Shown here piece after piece: positions 1 through 7,698 of a stretch of DNA of 20,000 bases (position 1 is the stretch's first letter; the number at the start of each line of letters is the position of its first letter). This stretch comes from an uncultured virus (IMG/VR IMGVR_UViG_3300030118_005288) (Duplodnaviria > Heunggongvirae > Uroviricota > Caudoviricetes). The translations under genes and the position numbers were made by a program. The notes under the pieces are model-generated. The model searched no databases. It worked only from the letters and a program-made list of their open reading frames with translations, and was not told the DNA's origin. The DNA lies in IMG/VR virus record IMGVR_UViG_3300030118_005288, positions 50,446 to 70,445 of that record, one strand, 5' to 3'.

Positions 1-1
1 A

Positions 2-3000
2 TTGTTAAGACCGTGGGATAATGTTCCTAGAAAAGCTTTAGCTCAAGAAATCGTTGGTAATAGATTAGTCTACGGTAACTATTTACAAAACTATAATCTT
101 TCAAATAACGCAACTGGTGATTCCAATATAAAAGTAGATTTAAAAGTAGGTATAAGATCTAGAAGTTTAGGTTCAATATCACCTGAAGAAGTAGAAGCTG
201 GTCCAAATAGACGTAGTATAAAATACAGTCCTAGTAAATCTTTAAAAACACTAAGAACATATCAGGTTGGTGTTGTTTATATAGACAAATATGGTAGAGA
301 AACACCTGTGTTTTCAGAAGACAAAAGAGGTAGAACAGCAACAGGTGCTGCAACTTCTCAAGCATCTGTTTATAACAAAAAAGAAAACGCAAACAAAAAA
401 AATAGTTTAACAGTAGAACTTAAAAACGATCCGCCAGACTGGGCTACGCATTTTAAACTATTTGTAAAAGAAACATCTAACGAGTATTACAATTTAGCAA
501 TGGATCGTTGGTACGATGCTGAGGACGGTAATATTTGGTTAAGTTTTCCGTCTGCAGAAAGAAATAAAGTAGATGAAGAAACATTTTTAATACTTAAAAA
601 AGCACATGACGCTAATACATTTATATCTGCTCCTGCTAGATATAAAATCATAGCAATATCTAACGAAGCGCCTAGGTTTATTAAACTTAGCAATATATCA
701 CAAGGTGGTATTATTGATGATGGTGCTACATTAGGCCTGTCTGCCGCAGGTTTTCCTTTAGAGGGCGGATTTTTTATATACGTAGAAAAAAGTAATTTTG
801 AAAATGTTGGCTGGAAAGAGTCTTTAGTAAATCAAGATATATCACAAGTTTTTATGAGGGTAAAGTCTGCCTCTGGTATAAGTGAATATTACAGACTAAA
901 GCAAATTACCTTTGACGCATCTACAGGTACTTATTATAAGTTAGAGTCTGATAGAGTTTTTGGACCAGACATGGCTCACACTTCGCCAGATGGTACTTTT
1001 TTAAACAGAATAACTAACTGTGAATTACAATTAATAAAAAGAATACCTGAAGACAAAGCAGAATTTGAAGGAAGATTTTTTGTAAAAGTTTTAAAAGACA
1101 ATATATTAATAGAGTCGTTAAATATAACACCTAACTCTGGTCTTGATTACATTGCTGTTGCAAGCATGCAAGTTCAGTACATAAATCCACTAGCAGCACA
1201 AGCAACTGGTGGTTGGGACGGTTTTGGTACTAATAAGTACAAAATATCTATGGACAAGCGTAATGATGATAGATGGACAAGGCCTGGTAGTAGTGCACCG
1301 GCTGGACATGGTCAAGATTTTTGGAAATACGCTAGTGACGATACAACAACAAACAACTCTAATTCTTTAGCTATTTCTAGTGGTTGGTTTATTGATGCTG
1401 TAGAAGGTTTTAGACCTTGGAAAGGTAATTATTGGGGTAAAAACGTGGGTGAAAGAAGTACAGGTGCTATAGACAGACCAAGTGCTTGGGCAGTAAATTT
1501 TTGCTGGGGCTTTTTTAGTAGTTACCACAATGATTTTGATGATGGTGAGTTTGATAGAAGATTACACGCTTTAGGTACAAACACTTATGGAACTACAGGT
1601 AACAATTATTTAGGTTCAAGTGGTTCAAAAAAAATGAAATCACCAAATAACGTACTAGCAACAACTCCTTCTGCTGATGGAGGACCAATAGCACCTGGTG
1701 TTGGTATAGATCCTAATAGTGGTATTATAAATTTATCTTATTCAGGTTTAAATGAAGACGATGGTGGTTTGACTGCAACATCTGGAAACTGGGCCGACGT
1801 ACTAACCACACATTATTTTGTTGATGCAGCTAAGCACGCTGCTGACGAACTTTTTATAGGTAAGCTTTTAACACCTGGTACTATATGGAGATGGAAAGAA
1901 GATCCAGATCAAGTTTTATATAAAACCGTGGCAATGACAGGTTTGTCTACAACATCAACTCCTTATACTAGTGCTCAATGGACTAATGAAGGTTTAGATT
2001 TTGATGGTAATCCTGGTATAGTTCTTTTTAATTATGTAAGCTTTGCAGATTATTTAATTAATAATCACACTCATAGAGTTGAATATTGCTGGGGTAGCGG
2101 AGATAAAGAAGATGACAAACCAGATTGGGTAACAAGAAATATTGGAAATCATACTGCTAGCGGTACGTGTTGTGGGGGTTGTATTCCTTGTGGTGGTGGG
2201 CTTGCTTGGACTTTAGTAAACACATCTTGCTCTATTACAGCTGGTACAGGGTGTGGTTGTAATCATACTGGTACATCTGGATCAAACGCTTGGGGACTTA
2301 TACCTAATTATCCTGAGCATTATAAATTTCCTAACCTTGTTGATGATTGGGCAAAATCAAAAAATAAAAGAAGAAGATTTAGATTTAAAGCAGAGACGTT
2401 AAGTGATCCTACAATACCACTTGGTGGTACTGGTCATAATTATTTACCAACAAATAATCCTACTTTTGCTCCACACTTTGATCATACAGCTACAGCTATA
2501 ACAATAGATCCTAGCACAAACGCTGCTTTTGTAGATCCAGCACCTGGCATTAGACCTGACGGTATGCACACTGGTTACACAGAACCTACTGGTAACTGGA
2601 CTTGGAATCCTGGAACCGGCTCAACAACAGAAACACTTATACCTCAATACAAAAGATGGAGCTCTGATAACATTGCTATAACACCAGCGCCTGGTAGTGT
2701 AACTTGGGAGATAGTAGAACCTTTCACACCTGGTGAAGGTAAATTTAGTAGCACTAACCCTGCTATATGGGAAACAGAACCTAAAGAAGATGTTGGTTTA
2801 GATATTTATTACGAAGTAGGTCATAAATACCCTATATACTTAAACGATAGAACAATAGAGCAATTTGTTGGCGCTGTACACGAAGACATTTCTAAAAACT
2901 CTTATGTGCAATGTTGGGATCCTGCGCCACCAATAGGTAACAGCGCTGGAACAATATCTTTAAATGCTGGTGGTAATAGCGATATGAGAGTTTACGCTGC

Positions 3001-6000
3001 GCATGGTAGGTTTGTTCAGCTAGCAGATACTTTAGGTAATGTTTTAGACGCTAACAACCCTGCACATATTTTACCTACTACAGGTGCTTATTTAATATTC
3101 TACAGAGCAGACGGAAGCACTACAGAAGCACATGTTGGTGTTGGTACATACAATAATAACGGTACTTGGTTTGAGTTAGTTGGTAACTCTTTTAATGATG
3201 ACGTTGGTGTTCATAGTAAAATGATAGAGGTGCCTTGGTTTAATTGTTACTCATTTGGTAATGGTGTTGAGTCTGATAGAATACGTGATGACTTTAACCA
3301 AGTTACAATAGACAATGGACCTAAAGCATCTACAACACTAGAAGAGCCTTATTTAGAAGATAGAAGAAAAAGTGGTTTTATATGGTCTGGTATATATAAC
3401 TCTAAAAGTGGTGTTAACAATTTAAACCAGTTTATACAAGCAGAAGCCATAACAAAAGACGCAAACCCTGTTTATGGTAGTATACAAAAAATGCATGTTA
3501 GAGATAATGACTTAGTTGCTTTTTGTGAAGATAGAGTGTTAAAAGTTTTAGCTAATAAAGATGCTTTATTTAATGCTGATGGTAATACAAATTTAGTTTC
3601 AACAAATAGAGTTCTTGGAAATATAAGACCTTTTGTTGGTGACTTTGGTATATCTCAAAATCCAGAATCTTTTGCAAGTGATTCTTATAGATCTTATTTT
3701 TCAGACACAAGTAGAGGCGCTATCGTTAGGCTATCTCAAGACGGATTAACAGCAATATCTAACTTAGGTATGAAAGACTGGTTTGCTGATAATCTACCTT
3801 CTTACAACAGAATTATTGGTAGTTTTGATGATAATAAAAACGAATATAACATAACATTAACTAAGGTAAATAAATCTGGTTATATTACTCCAAGTTATGG
3901 TTATATGCCTAAGACGTTATCTTTTAATGAACCTGCAAATGGTTGGGTTAGTTTTAAATCTTTTATAAAAGAAAGTGGTTTAAGTTTAAATAACTCTTAC
4001 TATACTTATTTTGAAGGTAATTTATATCAACATCATGACAATGAAATTAGAAATAATTTTTACAATGTTCAGTATGAGTCTAGTGTTGATGTTTTATTTA
4101 ACCAAGCACCTGGCGTAATAAAGAGTTTTAAAACTTTAAATTATGAAGGTACACAATCAAGAGTAACACCTGATTTAAATAACAACCCTGATTACTATGA
4201 TAATTATTTAAAGCAAGGTTGGTATGTAAACGAAATGATATCAGATGTTCAAGAGTTAGGTGTGATGGAGTTTTGGGACAAAGAAGACAAGTGGTTTAGT
4301 CAAATAAAAGGTGTTGCTACAGAGTGGTTAAATGATGGTACAGCTGGTAACATAGATCCTAGAGAGTTTTCTTTTCAAGGTATAGGTAATGCTTTTGACG
4401 TTGAGTGTGCTGACTGTCCAGATGTAGTTAGTTATGACTGTATAAATCAGCCAGCTGGATCTGTATCAGATTGTGATAATAGAACTTTACTTCCACTTCC
4501 TCCAGGGAACTACAATCCAGGTAACTATACTGTACACCCAGGTCATTTTAGAGATGAAGACTATTGGTTTTTACCAGGTAATGTTAACAAGAAAAGAAGT
4601 GATTATAAATTTATAGCTGGTCTACCAGGTACAAATAATGCGACTTACAACTCTCTTACACCAGGTTCTAATCCTGATTGGGTAGATCCAAACGATCAAT
4701 CACAAGGTTGGTACCAAAAATATGATGACATCCGTTTATACTCTTATGATTCTACACCTGTTTTATTATTTCAGTGTGATACTGTAGCAGAAATGATAAA
4801 CTGGGTTGCTACTAATTACGGATCGTTTTTCTCTAGTCCAAACGCAACTAACTTTCCAGCTCCATCTCCTGGAATGGCATATCAAAACTTTTGGGGTACT
4901 TGGTATGTAGCTTGGCACAATACGTCTTTTGTTCCAGCTGGCTCTAATGCAAACAGAAGAAACAGTCTTATATACACCTCTCCTTGTCAAAGAGTGTTTT
5001 CGCCTGGAGGTGCAAGGTGTACAGAAATACAAGGCCCTGGTGGTGCTTACGCTACAATGCAACAATGTATTGAGGGTGGTTGTGGACAGCCAGAAGAATC
5101 TTATAATTGTGATCCTCAAGCTGGTTGCGTTGATCCTGGAGATGGTACTGGTCAATTTTCTACTTATTGTGAGTGTGTTGAATCAAGGTGTTGTCCAGAA
5201 TCACAGGCATACTTTTTTGAATGTCAAAACATTAACCCGCCTTCAAACACGGCTATAGTTTTTGGTTGTATGGACGATGGTATTACAACTGATCCGTGGA
5301 TTACCCAAGATAGACCAGCTGGTTGGGTTGGTCCTGCTTCAAACTATTACGCTGGAGCTCAAGCTGATGATTGCAGTTGTATATACCAAACAGTTTCTAC
5401 TTGGGACTGTATAAACAGTAGTTGCGTAGAGGTGTTTAATGGTACTGGTCAATATCCATCACTTGCTGTGTGTCAACAAAATTGCGCACCACCTTGTGCG
5501 GGTCCTTTTGTTCCAACGCCACCTGCATTAACACATATAATAAGTAATAGGCCTGGTGGATGTAATTTAGGAGATTATTTTAATACTGGTGCGGCTGAAC
5601 TTGGTATAACAAACAATAGTATAAATCCTACTAATTGGTTTGTACAAGTGTTTGATAGTAATAATAACTTAATACACACGTCAGCTAATGTTTCTGGTGT
5701 TACTAGTATTATTGTTAACAATTTAGCACCTGGTATTTATACTTATAAGATTATTGATATTGATACTAATTGTGATTACGATTATACGTTTGAAATATTA
5801 TGCGAAGACCCACCGCCTCCACCACCTGTAACTTATGATTGTGTACTGGTAAATGGTATACATACTTGTGTAGATCCAGGTACTGGTAACGGGCAATATA
5901 CAGGGTCAAGCGCACTTACTGATTGTCAAACGGATCCAAACTCACCTTGTAATCCTAATTACCAAACAGGTGGTTGTACAGATCCTTGTGCTTGTAATTG

Positions 6001-7693
6001 GGATCCAAATGCTAATTATGATGATGGTAGTTGTATTTATGATTGTGATACCGGCGGTCTAACACTTTTTGATGCTAGTGTTGGTTACCAAAACCAATTA
6101 AACGCTGGTGTGTACACGGGCTCAGAAATAACTATAATTACAAATGCCTTGAACGGTCTTGTAAGTGCGTCTAATAGTACTGGTGGACCTACGACTTGTT
6201 ATGATTGTGGTGGTCCTGGTGTAAATTTACCTAACGAGCCATATTTTGTAAATAACGAGTCAATGATGGAGTCTTTTGTTCGTACTTATGGAATAGACAC
6301 GGATACAAGAGATTATAAGTTTTATAGAAGCCAAACTTATTTAAATCCTTCAATTAGAACCTATATGAATTTAAGAATTTCCCATATAGATCTTAATGGT
6401 TGGTACCAGCAACCTCAAAACTTCTTTACTTGGAGAGATTACATTGACACTGCTATTGCAACAGGAGTAATAACAAACGTGACAGATCTTATTGATGTTG
6501 GTTGTACTACTGGAACTTGTCAAACCGCACCTCATCAGTTTGACTCATCAACTGGTTATAGAATTGATTTAGATGCTGTAAGATATGTTATACATACTAG
6601 TATGGAAGCTGCTGGTGTTGAAACTTGTAATGGTATTATTAGTACTTATAATCAAAGTGGTCATGGTCAATATGACGATAAAAACTGCGATAGAACTAAT
6701 GTTACACTGTGTGATCCTTGTGTTGTTCCAGCTACAAATCCTTGTGGCCCACCGCCACCACAGACTACGTATCCTTGCATACCAGGTGACCCTAATTCTT
6801 GTATGCCGGGTTATACACCTTTAGGCCCTAACGTTTACACAAATCTTCAAGACTGTATAACAGCTTGCCATAGGATTGGTGTGGGTGAAGAACCTTTAAG
6901 TTATGATTGTATTAATGGAACATGTGTTGATCCTGGAACTGGTAATGGTCAATATGCTACATTAGCCGCTTGTCAAGCTGTTTGTAATATTAGTCCAGTT
7001 GGACAAAACTACGCATGTGAAGGTCCTGCTGGTTCTCAAAATTGTATTCCAACCTCTAGCCCTGTTGGTACTTACGGAAGTACAGTTGTATATGGTGACC
7101 AGGCAACATGTCTAGCTAATTGTGGTACGGTTAGTTCTACTGATATAGCGTGGGGAGGTTGTTGTCACCCATCTTCAATGGAGTACTCTCAACTTGGTCC
7201 TAATGGTCTTCCTTGTCACGCAGACAGCCTATGTCTTTGTTACTACGATCCGTTTCATTGTACTCTTCCAAATTGTTTTGTTGGTGACACTAAAGTGTTA
7301 TTAGCAGATGGTTCAAGTAAAAACATTGAAAATGTTGTGATTGGAGATATAGTAAGTTCTTACGATCAAGAAAACAAAGAGTTATCCGATGCTGTTGTAG
7401 TAGCTACACGATCGCAAGTTTCAAAAAACATGGTTGAATTTACTTTTAGCAACGGGGTTACAACAAAAAATACTTCGGACCACCCTTACTATGTAGAGCA
7501 AAAAGGTTGGGTATCATACGCAGATGATTTAAAAGTTGGCGATGTTTGCTATACTAATGAAAATAATAATATAAATAAAGTAACACTAACTAATATCAAA
7601 GAGGTTGATGGAGATAGTAAGACATACATATTTACACTCGATAGACACAAAACCTTCTTTGCAAACAGTGTGTTAGTTCACAATAAAGGATAA
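2..7693 (+). CDS. Tail stabilization/nozzle (muzzle)-like virion protein with Cys-rich repeat extension and C-terminal Hint domain (5'-truncated)
   Basis: Frame is open from the window edge, so the listed start is not the true start. Blocks DNVPRKALAQEIVGNRLVYGNY, RTYQVGVVYIDKYGRETPV, NCYSFGNGVESDRIRDDFN, GIYNSKSGVNNLNQF, YGSIQKM and FGISQNPESFA...YFSDTSRGAIVRLSQDGLTAIS match my recollection of crAss-like/flavophage 'stabilization' proteins. The core appears to end near EFSFQGIG (~4390). Confidence 0.75.
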   Translation: MLRPWDNVPRKALAQEIVGNRLVYGNYLQNYNLSNNATGDSNIKVDLKVGIRSRSLGSISPEEVEAGPNRRSIKYSPSKSLKTLRTYQVGVVYIDKYGRETPVFSEDKRGRTATGAATSQASVYNKKENANKKNSLTVELKNDPPDWATHFKLFVKETSNEYYNLAMDRWYDAEDGNIWLSFPSAERNKVDEETFLILKKAHDANTFISAPARYKIIAISNEAPRFIKLSNISQGGIIDDGATLGLSAAGFPLEGGFFIYVEKSNFENVGWKESLVNQDISQVFMRVKSASGISEYYRLKQITFDASTGTYYKLESDRVFGPDMAHTSPDGTFLNRITNCELQLIKRIPEDKAEFEGRFFVKVLKDNILIESLNITPNSGLDYIAVASMQVQYINPLAAQATGGWDGFGTNKYKISMDKRNDDRWTRPGSSAPAGHGQDFWKYASDDTTTNNSNSLAISSGWFIDAVEGFRPWKGNYWGKNVGERSTGAIDRPSAWAVNFCWGFFSSYHNDFDDGEFDRRLHALGTNTYGTTGNNYLGSSGSKKMKSPNNVLATTPSADGGPIAPGVGIDPNSGIINLSYSGLNEDDGGLTATSGNWADVLTTHYFVDAAKHAADELFIGKLLTPGTIWRWKEDPDQVLYKTVAMTGLSTTSTPYTSAQWTNEGLDFDGNPGIVLFNYVSFADYLINNHTHRVEYCWGSGDKEDDKPDWVTRNIGNHTASGTCCGGCIPCGGGLAWTLVNTSCSITAGTGCGCNHTGTSGSNAWGLIPNYPEHYKFPNLVDDWAKSKNKRRRFRFKAETLSDPTIPLGGTGHNYLPTNNPTFAPHFDHTATAITIDPSTNAAFVDPAPGIRPDGMHTGYTEPTGNWTWNPGTGSTTETLIPQYKRWSSDNIAITPAPGSVTWEIVEPFTPGEGKFSSTNPAIWETEPKEDVGLDIYYEVGHKYPIYLNDRTIEQFVGAVHEDISKNSYVQCWDPAPPIGNSAGTISLNAGGNSDMRVYAAHGRFVQLADTLGNVLDANNPAHILPTTGAYLIFYRADGSTTEAHVGVGTYNNNGTWFELVGNSFNDDVGVHSKMIEVPWFNCYSFGNGVESDRIRDDFNQVTIDNGPKASTTLEEPYLEDRRKSGFIWSGIYNSKSGVNNLNQFIQAEAITKDANPVYGSIQKMHVRDNDLVAFCEDRVLKVLANKDALFNADGNTNLVSTNRVLGNIRPFVGDFGISQNPESFASDSYRSYFSDTSRGAIVRLSQDGLTAISNLGMKDWFADNLPSYNRIIGSFDDNKNEYNITLTKVNKSGYITPSYGYMPKTLSFNEPANGWVSFKSFIKESGLSLNNSYYTYFEGNLYQHHDNEIRNNFYNVQYESSVDVLFNQAPGVIKSFKTLNYEGTQSRVTPDLNNNPDYYDNYLKQGWYVNEMISDVQELGVMEFWDKEDKWFSQIKGVATEWLNDGTAGNIDPREFSFQGIGNAFDVECADCPDVVSYDCINQPAGSVSDCDNRTLLPLPPGNYNPGNYTVHPGHFRDEDYWFLPGNVNKKRSDYKFIAGLPGTNNATYNSLTPGSNPDWVDPNDQSQGWYQKYDDIRLYSYDSTPVLLFQCDTVAEMINWVATNYGSFFSSPNATNFPAPSPGMAYQNFWGTWYVAWHNTSFVPAGSNANRRNSLIYTSPCQRVFSPGGARCTEIQGPGGAYATMQQCIEGGCGQPEESYNCDPQAGCVDPGDGTGQFSTYCECVESRCCPESQAYFFECQNINPPSNTAIVFGCMDDGITTDPWITQDRPAGWVGPASNYYAGAQADDCSCIYQTVSTWDCINSSCVEVFNGTGQYPSLAVCQQNCAPPCAGPFVPTPPALTHIISNRPGGCNLGDYFNTGAAELGITNNSINPTNWFVQVFDSNNNLIHTSANVSGVTSIIVNNLAPGIYTYKIIDIDTNCDYDYTFEILCEDPPPPPPVTYDCVLVNGIHTCVDPGTGNGQYTGSSALTDCQTDPNSPCNPNYQTGGCTDPCACNWDPNANYDDGSCIYDCDTGGLTLFDASVGYQNQLNAGVYTGSEITIITNALNGLVSASNSTGGPTTCYDCGGPGVNLPNEPYFVNNESMMESFVRTYGIDTDTRDYKFYRSQTYLNPSIRTYMNLRISHIDLNGWYQQPQNFFTWRDYIDTAIATGVITNVTDLIDVGCTTGTCQTAPHQFDSSTGYRIDLDAVRYVIHTSMEAAGVETCNGIISTYNQSGHGQYDDKNCDRTNVTLCDPCVVPATNPCGPPPPQTTYPCIPGDPNSCMPGYTPLGPNVYTNLQDCITACHRIGVGEEPLSYDCINGTCVDPGTGNGQYATLAACQAVCNISPVGQNYACEGPAGSQNCIPTSSPVGTYGSTVVYGDQATCLANCGTVSSTDIAWGGCCHPSSMEYSQLGPNGLPCHADSLCLCYYDPFHCTLPNCFVGDTKVLLADGSSKNIENVVIGDIVSSYDQENKELSDAVVVATRSQVSKNMVEFTFSNGVTTKNTSDHPYYVEQKGWVSYADDLKVGDVCYTNENNNINKVTLTNIKEVDGDSKTYIFTLDRHKTFFANSVLVHNKG
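4430..7123 (+). repeat. Dispersed Cys-rich protein repeats, consensus [ST][YW]xC-x(4-9)-C-x-DPGxGxGQY-x(5-8)-C-xxx-C (about 7 copies)
   Basis: Copies at ~4430/5018-5083 (split), 5099-5176, 5399-5485, 5831-5930, 6767-6868, 6899-6985 and 7007-7123. CVDPGTGNGQY is identical at 5867-5899 and 6923-6955. Confidence 0.85.
5264..6040 (+). repeat. Two GC[TM]D...A.N[YW]...A..DD.SCIY repeats
   Basis: GCMDDG...ASNYYAGAQADDCSCIY (5264-5386) and GCTDPCACNWDPNANYDDGSCIY (5972-6040). Confidence 0.8.
7274..7684 (+). other. Hint domain (bacterial intein-like / PT-HINT type), 137 aa, no endonuclease
   Basis: Block A CFVGDTKVLLADGSSKNIENVVIGDIV (Cys1 at 7274), block B TSDH (7472-7483), ADDLKVGD, and block F/G TYIFTLDRHKTFFANSVLVHN (His-Asn at 7679-7684), then K-G-stop. 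Confidence 0.93.
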
Positions 7694-7698
7694 TAGTT

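Noticed and set aside
1997..2011. DFDGN in ORF1 resembling an RNAP motif
   Set aside because: No third Asp and no double-psi barrel context; it lies in a variable insertion of a tail protein.
5867..6955. Similar nucleotide repeats as a DGR template/variable repeat pair or a CRISPR array
   Set aside because: The repeats are short, in-frame and differ only at synonymous third positions with no adenine-specific pattern. Spacing is irregular and no reverse transcriptase or cas gene is in the window.
7274..7684. Canonical mobile intein with homing endonuclease
   Set aside because: Only 137 aa, no endonuclease motifs, no +1 Cys/Ser/Thr and essentially no C-extein.
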